Assembly: GCA_002794465.1 (NCBI GenBank)
Contig: MTSL01000213.1
Location: 90,257-113,412 of the forward strand
Direction: 5' to 3'
From: Paramicrosporidium saccamoebae KSL3
Taxonomy: Eukaryota > Fungi > Cryptomycota
DNA: 23,156 nucleotides
A model generated the notes under the pieces. The model did no database searches. It was not told the origin of the DNA and was given only the letters and a program-made list of their open reading frames with translations. This document shows, in pieces, positions 1-9,963 of the stretch (positions are counted from its first letter, which is position 1; each line of letters begins with the position of its first letter). The translations under genes and the position numbers were made by a program.

Positions 1-55
1 CACGTTAGTCCGTCCATAGATACAGTATTTAACAATTTCGTTTGACTTTAATTCA

Positions 56-724
56 ATGATCAAATGCGCAGTTGTCGGAGGTGCGGGAGCGTTGGGACGC
101 CAATTGGTGAATATCCTTCTGGGAAAGGGATGTCAGGTGGTTAGTGTTGACCTGACAGCAAATAGCCAGTCGGCCCATTGTGTGACCATCTCAAAGCCAC
201 TTTCGGATCCCAATAATCTAGAGACTGCCTCCAAGACTGCCTCAGCCCATGGACCATTCGATGCCGTCTTTTGCGTGGCTGGTGGCTGGCAGGGCGGCAG
301 TTCCACTTCTGCAGCATTTATACAGAGCGCCGTTGCCATGTGGGAGATGAACGTTCTCAGCGCCACCCTCGCTGCATCCCTCACCTCTGTCTTGAGTCCC
401 AGCGGATTGATGGTGTTTACTAGTGCCAAGGCGTCCCTTGAACCGACGCCTGGAATGTTGGGCTACGGCATGGCCAAGGCAGCCACCAACCATCTAATCG
501 CCTCTCTCGCTGATAAAGTCGCTTGTGTGGGTGTATTGCCAGTGACGCTAGACACAGAAATGAATCGAAAGGCAATGCCCGATGCGGATTTCTCCACTTG
601 GACTCCATTGGATGTTCTAGCGAACAAAATGTGCGAATGGGCCATGGTGCCAGAGAGTAGGCCCAAGAGTGGCTCTTTGGTAATCGTGGAGACGACTTCT
701 GAGGGAACCACGTTTACTAACTAA
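56..724 (+). CDS. QDPR: Dihydropteridine reductase (QDPR, short-chain dehydrogenase family)
   Basis: N-terminal Rossmann motif VVGGAGALG; VFCVAGGWQGG, GMLGYGMAKAA (YxxxK), LPVTLDTEMNRKAMPDADFSTWTPL are typical of DHPR. Confidence 0.92.
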   Translation: MIKCAVVGGAGALGRQLVNILLGKGCQVVSVDLTANSQSAHCVTISKPLSDPNNLETASKTASAHGPFDAVFCVAGGWQGGSSTSAAFIQSAVAMWEMNVLSATLAASLTSVLSPSGLMVFTSAKASLEPTPGMLGYGMAKAATNHLIASLADKVACVGVLPVTLDTEMNRKAMPDADFSTWTPLDVLANKMCEWAMVPESRPKSGSLVIVETTSEGTTFTN

Positions 725-835
725 AATCAATAATAAACCTGTATGTTGATATGAGTGTTGCGTGGTGAGAATATGACCACAGTGTCAATTCAAGTGGGCG
801 ACTGAGGACTGTTCATGTTAAACAACTGCATGTCA

Positions 836-945
836 TTGGTGAATCCGACCCTGATAGCGGCTCTGCAGTCCGATTTGGTCACATTAAGAATCGCTACCTA
901 TAAAGAAGCCACATACTTTAACAAAAGTGAGCTCACCCCTCAACA
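836..945 (+). repeat. Dispersed repeat module A, copy 1
   Basis: Reverse complement aligns by eye to 9972-10084 at roughly 80% identity and to 4046-4156. Confidence 0.9.
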
Positions 946-955
946 ATTTATTACT

Positions 956-997
956 AGTTGGTATGGATTCCCCCGCATAGCCTTGGAGAGTCGGCAT
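956..997 (-). repeat. Dispersed repeat module C, copy 1
   Basis: Reverse complement CGACTCTCCAA...CTATGCGGGGGAATCCATACCAACT matches 22397-22442. Confidence 0.7.
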
Positions 998-1078
998 TTC
1001 CTCTCCTCGCCTCGGACTCTTTTATGTGTTTGATCCACCATACTTTATACGGGTAGGCCCCGTTGGGATACCCTTGTC

Positions 1079-2602
1079 ATGACTTGGAGTAGGAAGAGAA
1101 AGGCTGTTTCATCCGCTGCAAAGGTTGAAGAGTTACTCACAAACAACATGCAGGAGAGTGTCCAGCTACCCGACCTACTCTCCACCAAGCTTTCAAGCGG
1201 CCAGCGTGATGAGCAGATGCAAGCCTGCGCTTTGCTGGCTTCCCTGGAGATGGAAAGTCTGCTAGGAAAGAGTGATATTCTACCCAGGCTGCTGGGCTGT
1301 ATTAATGGTGGGGATGCAGTGGTGGCGGCAGAGGCTGCTTCAGTGCTGCGGATATGGAGTAGCGGGAATGCCAGACTGCTCTACGCCCACTGTGTGCTGC
1401 CACGGATGATTCAGCTCCTCCCTGCCTGTCTAACCACGTTGGAGCGCATCTCAGAGCTAGAAAAGAGTGATGTGCAGGTTTTTGAACATTTCCTAGTATC
1501 TCTGCTGCTTGTCATCTGGTCTTTTGTGGAGGAAGTCCCAGCTGCCATTAATCAGATCAACGACAGCCCCGTCGTGTCCCTCAGCTGCCTGATACTGGAG
1601 AGGGCTTCATTTTTGGAGGAAGAGACGATTGTGGTAATGTTGCAGCTGTTACTCTGCGCAAGTGAAGAAAATCAGGAAAAGCTCTACGCAAATGCCGCCG
1701 ACAGAGTACGGCTCGAGGCTTTGCTTCAGAGAAGGACTGGTAATCTAGACTGTCATTCTGCCATTCTTTCCTTTGGTCTACTGAGTGTCATCTCCTCAGA
1801 ATGCACTTGTGAAAATGTTCTTCAGCTATTTTCAGTTGTGGAACGAGAAGTGTCGTTGGAGATGCTGCGCGATCTCTTGGAAATGTTGACAAATTTTATT
1901 TCTGAAGTGGAATTTGAGAGTTTCCAGGATCATTTTGCCAATATTCTATTGGCCAAACTGGCAGCTAATCCTGAGGCTACTGAAGTAATGAACAGGGGAC
2001 AGGGCTGCCTGATGAATTTGATTCTAGCCCAGCCTGCAGCACTAAGTGTGGAAGCTAAGCAGAACATCTGGACATGGGCACTTTGCGAAGCGCTCCCAAC
2101 TGCAGCCAGCGCAGTGAGTGCGATAGACCCGACAAATCCCGCCAGTGCGATTAATGCCGCAAATACAACGAGCACTCTCGCAGGTACATGCGAACTATTG
2201 AGGAATCTGCTGCTCTGCAGTCTTGGCGAGCATGAACTAAAGTATACGATGGAGGATATCGGACGCCTGCAGCAAATCTGCAATGCAAACATTGCCAATG
2301 ATTCCATAGTTGCAAATCTCGCGTCAATTCCTGCAATTCTATGCAAAGAAATTGATGTACCATGGCTTTATTCGACAGTCTACTCACTATTTGACAAGAG
2401 CAGGCCGCTAAGGACAATTTTGGCGGTTGCTGAGATAATTGAAGAATTGACAAACCGCGATGCGATTGAGACTAGTCTGCGAAACGTTCTAAAGTCGAGA
2501 CGGCCCTCGGTAATTGAGAGCTGCGCGAGTGAAATGGCTACCGCTGGGAACGACGAGTTTGACTATATTGTGTCCGTATTAGACGCGGCCCTTAACGACT
2601 AA
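1079..2602 (+). CDS. ARM/HEAT-repeat protein, probably Syo1/HEATR3-like (uL5/uL18 import adaptor)
   Basis: 507-aa intronless ORF; basic N-terminus MTWSRKRK followed by a leucine-rich helical repeat body, an architecture resembling Syo1/HEATR3. Family assignment from recall only. Confidence 0.55.
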   Translation: MTWSRKRKAVSSAAKVEELLTNNMQESVQLPDLLSTKLSSGQRDEQMQACALLASLEMESLLGKSDILPRLLGCINGGDAVVAAEAASVLRIWSSGNARLLYAHCVLPRMIQLLPACLTTLERISELEKSDVQVFEHFLVSLLLVIWSFVEEVPAAINQINDSPVVSLSCLILERASFLEEETIVVMLQLLLCASEENQEKLYANAADRVRLEALLQRRTGNLDCHSAILSFGLLSVISSECTCENVLQLFSVVEREVSLEMLRDLLEMLTNFISEVEFESFQDHFANILLAKLAANPEATEVMNRGQGCLMNLILAQPAALSVEAKQNIWTWALCEALPTAASAVSAIDPTNPASAINAANTTSTLAGTCELLRNLLLCSLGEHELKYTMEDIGRLQQICNANIANDSIVANLASIPAILCKEIDVPWLYSTVYSLFDKSRPLRTILAVAEIIEELTNRDAIETSLRNVLKSRRPSVIESCASEMATAGNDEFDYIVSVLDAALND

Positions 2603-2641
2603 TAAAACTATTGCATCAGGCACGGTGGGTAAATTGCCGCT

Positions 2642-2650
2642 CTGATTGGT
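2642..2650. promoter_or_regulatory. Reverse CCAAT box (NF-Y/HAP site) upstream of the CRAL-TRIO gene
   Basis: TCTGATTGGT at 2641-2650; the identical 10-mer occurs at 21087-21096 in another promoter. Confidence 0.5.
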
Positions 2651-2665
2651 CAATGGCCATTCTGC

Positions 2666-3946
2666 ATGGACATTCCTTGTGAGGTCAGTGTACCGCTACC
2701 TGGCACGGGTAGTCCAGAGGAGCCTGTAGTTGAAATGGAGAGTGTGGACACGCCGCCGATAAAGACGAGGAGGTCTAGTTCCGGTCCGGGATGTTTACAT
2801 ACGATAAATGACAAGCAGAAATCAACTCTATTTCTACTTTGGAACATGCTGGATGCCTATTTTAGACATCCCTACATTAAAGTCTCTGGGGAGAAGCTTG
2901 CCGAGCTTGGTCAAAGTTTCCTCGAAACTGGCAATGTGGGTGGGAAAGCAGCAGCAAGTGAACATCCTCTTTATTTGGAGCTGTACCGGTTTGCCGCCAG
3001 CGATGACCTTGACACAACTCTGCTTCGTTTCCTTCGTGCCCGTAAATGGAATGTTATCACCGCATTCACTGCCATTGTGGAGTGTCTAATATGGCGTCAT
3101 GAGTTTGGCGTTGATGCATTAATGCGTGCTGGCGAATCGCGGATAGACCAAGGCTCGCTGGAATCGGGCAAAGGTTTTGTGTGGGGCGAGGACCGGGACG
3201 GCCGTCTCGTTGTCTACATGCGCGGCCGTCTCCATGACAAAAACGCCCAAACATTGGAGGAAAGCATTGACTATGCGGTCCACTTTCTGGAGATGGCTCG
3301 ATCTTTGAGGAGACACGATGAACAGCTGCTGACTGTTGTGATTGACATGCAAGGAGCAGGATTAGCCTCCTTTGACCTGCCATTGGCACAGGCTATGGGC
3401 AGATTTGTGCAGGGATGCTACCCCGAGGTGATGGGTGTCTGTTTGGTGATGAATGCGCCGTGGATATTTTGGGGATTCTGGAGCATAGTAAAGAATCTGC
3501 TTGATCCTGTAATTGTCGCTAAATTTGCGTTCATCAAGCCGGCAGAGCTAGTCGATTACATAGATCCGGCACAGACTCCGGTGGACTTTGGCGGACGGTC
3601 TTCATTCAGATACCATTACTTTCCTGATCCAAAGCCTGTGCGCGCCCAGATAGACGAGATGGCATTGACAGCCCTGTATCGGAAGGGGAAAACCTTTGCA
3701 GAATTAAACAGACAGATCCACACGAACTGGGACCCCTCCATTGTGAGAAGTCGCAATCTGGTCAAGGCCGAGCTTCGGATAGGCTATTATCTGTTGATGA
3801 AGCCAGTCTATCCACAGACAATCTATCATCGCTGGGGGATCTGTCGGGAGGATGGGTCAATGGATTGGTCATTGTATAAGGGACCGGCAAAGAGGCATCT
3901 CCATCTGGGTGAACTGGAACAATTGCGTTCCTCTGCCCCGCCTTGA
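2666..3946 (+). CDS. CRAL-TRIO (Sec14-like) lipid-binding protein, Csr1-like
   Basis: DTTLLRFLRARKWNV (CRAL-TRIO N), WRHEFGV, G.D.DGRLVVY, FVQGCYPEVMG.CLVMNAPWIFWGFWSIVKNLLDPVIVAKF. Confidence 0.92.
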   Translation: MDIPCEVSVPLPGTGSPEEPVVEMESVDTPPIKTRRSSSGPGCLHTINDKQKSTLFLLWNMLDAYFRHPYIKVSGEKLAELGQSFLETGNVGGKAAASEHPLYLELYRFAASDDLDTTLLRFLRARKWNVITAFTAIVECLIWRHEFGVDALMRAGESRIDQGSLESGKGFVWGEDRDGRLVVYMRGRLHDKNAQTLEESIDYAVHFLEMARSLRRHDEQLLTVVIDMQGAGLASFDLPLAQAMGRFVQGCYPEVMGVCLVMNAPWIFWGFWSIVKNLLDPVIVAKFAFIKPAELVDYIDPAQTPVDFGGRSSFRYHYFPDPKPVRAQIDEMALTALYRKGKTFAELNRQIHTNWDPSIVRSRNLVKAELRIGYYLLMKPVYPQTIYHRWGICREDGSMDWSLYKGPAKRHLHLGELEQLRSSAPP

Positions 3947-4045
3947 ATTGCAATCAATATGCTCTTGACTTTGAGAGAGCACATCCACTGGCCATAGATA
4001 AGGGAGACATTGTAGGAGAATAGTTTGATTGATTGGAGATGATGG

Positions 4046-4397
4046 GTTTGTTGAAGAGCGAGCTTACTTTTATAAAAGTATATGGCATATAGACAGCCAT
4101 CCTTAATCTAACCGGAATGGCGTGCAGGATCGCTATCTGGGTCAGACTCGCCAATATTAAGTGTGTGACGTAGAGATAGAGGTAGAGGCAGAGGATTGAC
4201 TAGTTGGGTATATGTCGTAGAGAGTTGATTAGTTGCTGGGTATTTGAGGACAGTGAGGTGTGTATCCATACTATTCTAGGATTAGCAGTAAACAAATCCC
4301 CTCCTTTCCGCCTAAACTGGGCCGTGGTATCCTCTCCCCCACTGCGCGACAAAGGAGCCATACACTTTAATAAAAGTGTGTTCACCCATCAACAAAG
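4046..4397. mobile_element. Putative MITE-like non-autonomous element (modules A+B) bounded by about 40-bp imperfect inverted repeats
   Basis: 4046-4086 TTTGTTGAAGAGCGAGCTTACTTTTATAAAAGTATATGGC vs reverse complement of about 4357-4397 TTTGTTGATGGGTGAACACACTTTTATTAAAGTGTATGGC. The interior has copies elsewhere in the window. No clear target-site duplication. Confidence 0.5.
4225..4313 (+). repeat. Dispersed repeat module B, copy 1
   Basis: 89-bp direct repeat with 8060-8148 (about 8 mismatches), preceded in both copies by TGTGACGTAG and AGAGGY hexamers. Confidence 0.95.
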
Positions 4398-4568
4398 TCT
4401 TTACTACAAACACCAAACTCACAGCAGGTACAAGGCTATGCAACAGTTGACTAGGAATTTTGCAAAGCTTTGCGGCGGGATCGCCCAGCACGGGGTAATT
4501 AGTTGGCAATAAGCGTCTTTATTAGTTCAGATAACATAGACTTGACCACCTTGCGGCAGCAGCAGCGT

Positions 4569-6296
4569 TCAACTTTTCTGAGAATTATATTTTGATTCGT
4601 CCATAGAAAAATCTTCTGCATCGGAAACCTCGAGACTATTAAATGCTGATATCGGTACAAAGGTCTTGTCAACCAAACTGGCCATCTCATCTGGAGTAAA
4701 GAATGTTGAAATCTGCATTGTATTCAACATGCGTTGAATAGACGCACAAAGCTGATTATCAACCGAGTTAGTGACTTTTGCCGCAATACGGCTTGCAAAT
4801 CCGTCCCACGTCTCCAACTCATCTCCATCTTTAAAGAAGAAGGAAAAGTTCCCTTTTCTGTTGCAGAGGATTAAAAATGGCCAGGAAGCAATAGCTAGGT
4901 GAATTGACCCGTGTTTGTCGTCACAACTTTCTGACCATTCAGACGCAAATTTCACCAGCCATGTGCCAAACCACTCTGTTTCTCCAGACCAGTCAACAAA
5001 ATTATGATTGATTGGCAAGTTTTGTCCCTCTTGAAGACAATCTTCAATGAATATATTCATCGCTCTTTGGCGCTCATGGTGCGACGTCAGAAGCTGTACC
5101 GTCATCGGAATTCGGGGGAAAATGCCACTACTCCACCAAGAATTGATTCTGTGCTCCAATGGTACCAATATCCTGGGGAGAAAAGGACGTTTAAAGTGAC
5201 GAAAGTCAGTCACAAGCCAGTGTTGTTGATCGGTCCCCACATAAAGCTGGCCAATTTTTCGAATGGCAAAAGGCAGCACTAACTCTTCGGGAGCATTCTT
5301 TAGGAAGCGAGATACGAGTCTTTCGCATTCATACATTCCGATCTCATAGTCAGGACAAATACTGACAATGTTGGCCAAGGTTCCCCATATAGCTCTCTTT
5401 TCCGATATGAGAGCCGTTTGTTCCAGCGTTTCATAAACTTCTAAATGAGACTCTCTGCTTAGTGTGTCACCTTCCAGGCCCCTTATGAAGTTCCCCGCCA
5501 TGGCCGCGTCCTCTGACTCAAGATTTCCGAGGACCTCTTGAAAGATTATTGTTCCTGACATATTCAAACGGAACTCATTCACAGTCAAGGCAGCTGTAAC
5601 GGTTCGATAAAATAGTTCGTCCGGGGAAAGCCCATCAGGGCTTAAAAAGGACTTTAGAAAGATGTCTTCATCTAACGATCCCTCGAAAAGGAACAGCTGC
5701 AATAGTTCAGGAAACATTTCAGGGATAAGGAGATTATAAACGTCGACCACATCATCTAATGGGCAGTTTCTAGTAAGCCCTTGAAACAGATCCAACGACT
5801 CTAGGGAAGAAAACTGATGCTCAATGAGATAGCAAATCATGGCCTTCAGTGTTTCGCAATCTCTAAATAAAGGAGCTGAGTGCTTATGATGCCCGGATAT
5901 GTCTCCAACAAGGCTTGGAGTGTAGGGACACTTTTTTTCCACAAAAATGTACCGCGCATAGGGAGGCGTAGTAAGAAGCTTGTCTAGAGGGAAGAACTTT
6001 GGTTGCATTTTCGGATCTGTTGATAGTGGAAGCATATTCTGTATCCGTATGTAGTCCTCATAGAGCTTGTTGTAGATACTATCAAAGCCTAGCCTTTCGT
6101 TAGACAAGAGGTACTCCACGCTCGCCAGCGTATCCTGTTGTATCTCAAATGTATCAAATATAGTCGATATGACATCAGTGCCTACGCTAATTGCTAGTTG
6201 TGAAGGTGCAAGTTGAAGCTGAAGAGCCAAAGTCCACCCCAGAAGCCAAACCAAACGTAGCATCATCTGTATCCCCATATACCCCGGCTCCAACAT
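4569..6296 (-). CDS. Orphan protein with predicted signal peptide (likely start at ATG 6266)
   Basis: 575-aa intronless ORF; hydrophobic MMLRLVWLLGWTLALQL segment; no family recognised. Confidence 0.8.
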   Translation of the reverse strand: MLEPGYMGIQMMLRLVWLLGWTLALQLQLAPSQLAISVGTDVISTIFDTFEIQQDTLASVEYLLSNERLGFDSIYNKLYEDYIRIQNMLPLSTDPKMQPKFFPLDKLLTTPPYARYIFVEKKCPYTPSLVGDISGHHKHSAPLFRDCETLKAMICYLIEHQFSSLESLDLFQGLTRNCPLDDVVDVYNLLIPEMFPELLQLFLFEGSLDEDIFLKSFLSPDGLSPDELFYRTVTAALTVNEFRLNMSGTIIFQEVLGNLESEDAAMAGNFIRGLEGDTLSRESHLEVYETLEQTALISEKRAIWGTLANIVSICPDYEIGMYECERLVSRFLKNAPEELVLPFAIRKIGQLYVGTDQQHWLVTDFRHFKRPFLPRILVPLEHRINSWWSSGIFPRIPMTVQLLTSHHERQRAMNIFIEDCLQEGQNLPINHNFVDWSGETEWFGTWLVKFASEWSESCDDKHGSIHLAIASWPFLILCNRKGNFSFFFKDGDELETWDGFASRIAAKVTNSVDNQLCASIQRMLNTMQISTFFTPDEMASLVDKTFVPISAFNSLEVSDAEDFSMDESKYNSQKS

Positions 6297-6447
6297 GGCT
6301 GGAGGACATGCCGGAGTGATAGAGATTAAAAATTATAAAGATAGTAGACTATATTTCCTTCAGTTGACGCAATTCTGGTGCCCGATATAGCGCCAAGGAT
6401 CATGCAGGGCAACTGGATTTTAAAGAATATTATTTAACACTGGTCGT

Positions 6448-7939
6448 ATGAATAACGTTCGCAATTTTCTTCGCCCATTGCTCACTGTATCTCTCTCCAG
6501 GCGTCTGACCTTTTAGAATGGCAGCCGGCTTGCCAGTAGTGTTGCTGGTGTACCACTAACAGCAAATGCAACTGTTCTTAGTGGAGTCACCAGTGCCTTT
6601 CGTCCTACCCTCACAAAAGTCACTACTTTGAGCAACGGAATGAGGGTCGCATCTGAAAACTTGGAGGGTGAGACAGCAACAGTTGGGATTTGGATAGACG
6701 CCGGGAGTCGCTACGAGGACGAGTCGAATAACGGGACCGCTCACTTTCTAGAGCATATGGCCTTTAAAGTATGCCTCCCATCTAGTTAACCTTGGGTAGG
6801 GAACCAAGAGACGCACTCAGACCGACTTGGAGCTGGAAGTGGAAAATATGGGGGGACACTTGAATGCCTATACGTCCCGGGAACAGACGGCATATTTTGC
6901 CAAAGTGTTCAAAAAGGATATTCCAAAGGCAGTGGATATATTGTCGGATATTTTACAAAACTCCACTCTCGACGAGAGAAACATTGAAAGGGAGCGTGAT
7001 GTGATTCTGCGAGAGCAGGAGGAGGTTGAAAAGCAAATGGAAGAGGTTGTATTCGACCATCTTCATGCGACGGCATTCCAAGGAAGTGCATTGGGACGTA
7101 CCATTTTGGGAACTGAACGTAACATTCGAACAATCTCCAAGCGAGATTTACAAAATTACATCCGCTTCAACTACACTGGACCACGCATGGTGCTGGCAGC
7201 TGCCGGTGGAGTTGATCATGATGAGCTGGTGAAGCTCGCTGAGAGAGCCTTTGCAGGTCTCCCCGCTGGCCCCAGTGTTTGGCGTCCTGAACCGGCTTCG
7301 TATACCGGAAGCGAAGTGCGGATGCGTGATGACACCATGAGCCATGCTCACATGGTTATTTCTGTACAGGGAGCGAGCTGGACAAGCCCAGATTATTTTC
7401 CTCTGTTGGTCGCCCAGGCCATTGTGGGGTCCTGGAATCGAGGGCTGGCCGGTGGCCACAATCTCGGCTCCAAACTTGCCCAGGTAGTTGCAAAGAATGA
7501 TTTAGCCCAAAGCTTCACCTCCTTCAACACCTCCTACTCAGACACTGGACTCTTTGGCATTTACATGGTTAGCGATCATGTCTATGATCTGGATGATCTT
7601 GCCTATGAGGTTCAGCAGGAGTGGGTGCGCATCTGTTTAAATGCAACTGAAGGTGAAGTGGCTCGTGCCAAGGCCCAATTGAAGGCCAGTCTCCTCTTGT
7701 CTTTGGATGGCACCACCCATATTTGCGAAGATATCGGCCGCCAACTTTTAACCTATGGAAAGCGCTACTCGTGGCAAGATATCCACCGCATGGTGGATGC
7801 GGTCGATGCGGCCACTGTCCGCCGTGTAGCTTCCGAGTATCTTTACGATCGCGATCCGGCAGTTGTAGCCCTTGGCCCTATTGGCAGCTTCCCTGATTAT
7901 AATCGCATCCGTGCTGCCACTCTCTGGCTGCGAAACTGA
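6448..7939 (+). CDS. MAS1: Mitochondrial processing peptidase beta subunit; exons 6448-6486, 6517-6768, 6800-7939
   Basis: Spliced N-terminus [20 protein letters not shown] (targeting-peptide-like), [26 protein letters not shown] (HxxEH), [29 protein letters not shown] introns of 30 and 31 nt restore the frame. Confidence 0.97.
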
Positions 7940-8059
7940 GTAATCACAATAAAGTTATTTATGAACTGTGTGTGAGATTTATTGGAAGAGAGAGGACTCG
8001 GCAGTTGTGACCAATTTGTGATCGAATTGTGACGTAGTGGCAGAGGCAGAGGCAGGGGG

Positions 8060-8148
8060 TTGATTAGTTGCTGGGTATTTGAGGACAGTGAAATGTGTAT
8101 CCATACTATTCTAGGATTAGCAGTGAATAAACCCCCCCTTTCCCGCCT
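8060..8148 (+). repeat. Dispersed repeat module B, copy 2
   Basis: About 90% identical to 4225-4313. Confidence 0.95.
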
Positions 8149-8552
8149 GACGGTCCATACTATTTATCCCCACTACGCAACGGAATTAAGGCATTTGTCA
8201 GGTCGACTGATCCTAACAACGAGATCAAAGCGATCGTCTTGTTATTCGTTTAGATAATGAATCATATCACATTGGAGAGCTTACAACCGGTAATAACAGT
8301 GGCTAATTTGGTGGTGGTTCCTCTACTATGCGACATGCGGATCAACAATTTCTAGTAAAGGACCACTACCGCAGACCTCACAACTGTCGATTCACGCATT
8401 TTGGTGGACTTCTGGGTACCATATATGCCGACTCTCACTATTCTATTGAAATGTTTGGTGTAGTACACTATTTGCAAGAGAGTAGCCAAGACTTGTTCAA
8501 CTGTATCTACCACTTTACAGCCCCCGCACTATTAAATTTCTTATTCGTGCAA

Positions 8553-8821
8553 ATGTCCGACCCCGAGCCTCGCAAGCTGTGTGTTGATGAGCAGCAGCGC
8601 TTCATTGATTGCATGTTTATCAATAGCAAATGTCTCCAATCCGGCCGCTTGTCATTTGAAGAATGCCTAGCAGAAGATGAAGGGAGCTCAATCATGCGTA
8701 ACGAGTGCCGTAATCTCTATTCTATGTACCTTCGATGCCGCGCTCAGATTGTACATTATTGATGGTGGCGCTAACTTTTATTTAGTGTGACACGAGGACG
8801 CGCTTTCGTGGATATCGCTGA
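8553..8821 (+). CDS. PET191: Cytochrome c oxidase assembly factor Pet191/COA5; exons 8553-8750, 8786-8821
   Basis: Cysteine pattern C..C..C..C..C..C of the Pet191 type; 35-nt intron GTACAT...GCTAAC...TTTAG joins to CDTRTRFRGYR*, matching the family's D.R.RFRG tail. Confidence 0.85.
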
Positions 8822-9043
8822 CTTTTCTTCCAGCCGCTCTAATAGTTTCTGCAAAATTAGGCCACAGCAACTACAAACCTGGCGTGCCATGGCATAATCG
8901 TTCTTTGTAAATCCCAGGGGCACTCTGCCTTTACTGAGTTCATAAAGGCTCGCCACTTCTTCCTCCCAAACAACCTGTTTCTCGAGATATAATTGCTTCA
9001 TACGCTCGAGCCTCTCCATTCGGTAATCGTCAGAACCAATCAT
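8771..9043 (-). CDS. Small hypothetical helical protein (start ATG 9043 or 9019)
   Basis: Open frame with protein-like composition (MERLERMKQLYLEKQVVWEEEVASLYELSKGR...) filling the gap between PET191 and FIT. No family recognised; 3' end overlaps PET191. Confidence 0.45.
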   Translation of the reverse strand: MIGSDDYRMERLERMKQLYLEKQVVWEEEVASLYELSKGRVPLGFTKNDYAMARQVCSCCGLILQKLLERLEEKSAISTKARPRVTLNKS

Positions 9044-9083
9044 CGCATTCGGCACATTGGCAGAGTCTAATTATTGGTTCTCA

Positions 9084-9926
9084 ATGGGCAGAACTAAACG
9101 GCGCTCCCCTTCTTTGCCCTCTACGGCCATTCCCACAGCCCAAGAAGAACATCCTGAGCTCAAACCGCCAGGGGCAGCATTTATGTCTTTGAGAGGAAGT
9201 GCGCTGCGCGTACTCCTTACTGCCGTTTTATTCGGTCTCATTGTGGTTGGCGACAAGTGGGGACGCCATGGAGACGATTTTGCTGAGGACCACCCAGCAG
9301 GAATATTCCTTGGAGTGCTGAACGAGATATTCAAAAAGACTGGCTGGCTACTGACAGCATCCTGCTGGGCATTACTCTTGTTTGCTCGGTATAATCGACA
9401 AATCAGACTACAAGAAAATGCTAGCTGGAGGAGGCATGCCGTAGTGGACACATTACTCTGGATTCTGGGAAGCATTTATTGGATGGCCATAGTTCATGTC
9501 GTCTTCAAGCGGGTGGCGCTTAATGTTGGAGATTGTGTTCTCCCAGGGAGCGACATTGTGCATGCTGAAATTACCTCGGCAGATTGTGCAAAACTAACAG
9601 GCAAATGGGTACCCTTTGACATTTCCGGACACGCATTCCTTGGGTCGTTGGGTATTAGCATACTGCTGGAAGAAATTATTCGCTTCATTGGAGAGCCTGT
9701 CTACTATTTCACGTTTTACTCTGCGGATGAATCAGTAAATCGAGCAAAGCTTTTCTGGAGGGTGGCAGTCATATTTGCAGCCTGCCTGGTTTCTATTTGG
9801 CTAACTCTGTTTACCAGAACCGCCCTCTATTATCATACATTTCAGGAAAAGATTTGGGGGACTATCGTTGGCCTCTCGTACTGGTGGACCGTTGTCATAG
9901 TTAGACTATTTATTCTGTACATATAA
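9084..9926 (+). CDS. FIT family (SCS3/FIT2) acyl-CoA diphosphatase
   Basis: FDISGHAFL and TALYYHTFQEKIWG motifs, multiple TM segments; first ATG at 9084. Confidence 0.93.
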   Translation: MGRTKRRSPSLPSTAIPTAQEEHPELKPPGAAFMSLRGSALRVLLTAVLFGLIVVGDKWGRHGDDFAEDHPAGIFLGVLNEIFKKTGWLLTASCWALLLFARYNRQIRLQENASWRRHAVVDTLLWILGSIYWMAIVHVVFKRVALNVGDCVLPGSDIVHAEITSADCAKLTGKWVPFDISGHAFLGSLGISILLEEIIRFIGEPVYYFTFYSADESVNRAKLFWRVAVIFAACLVSIWLTLFTRTALYYHTFQEKIWGTIVGLSYWWTVVIVRLFILYI

Positions 9927-9963
9927 TACATAACTGCAAGAGAGCATCTTCATGGATCAGGGA

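Noticed and set aside
815-1033. 72-aa ORF, and the similar short ORFs 3954-4154, 4204-4512, 8060-8257
   Set aside because: They lie over the dispersed repeat modules; frames and starts are not conserved between copies.
4296-4314. CCCCTCCTTTCCGCCTA resembles part of human RMRP P3
   Set aside because: No following GAAAGTC CR-I or CR-V, and the matching words are in a different order; treated as coincidence.
6391-6422. CGCCAAGGA and CAACTGGATTTTA also occur at 10448-10456 and (inverted) 10478-10490
   Set aside because: The two words have inconsistent relative orientation; short matches are probably chance.
8328-8552. N-terminal extension of the 144-aa ORF
   Set aside because: Pet191 similarity begins near ATG 8553; the upstream part contains module-C-like repeat sequence.
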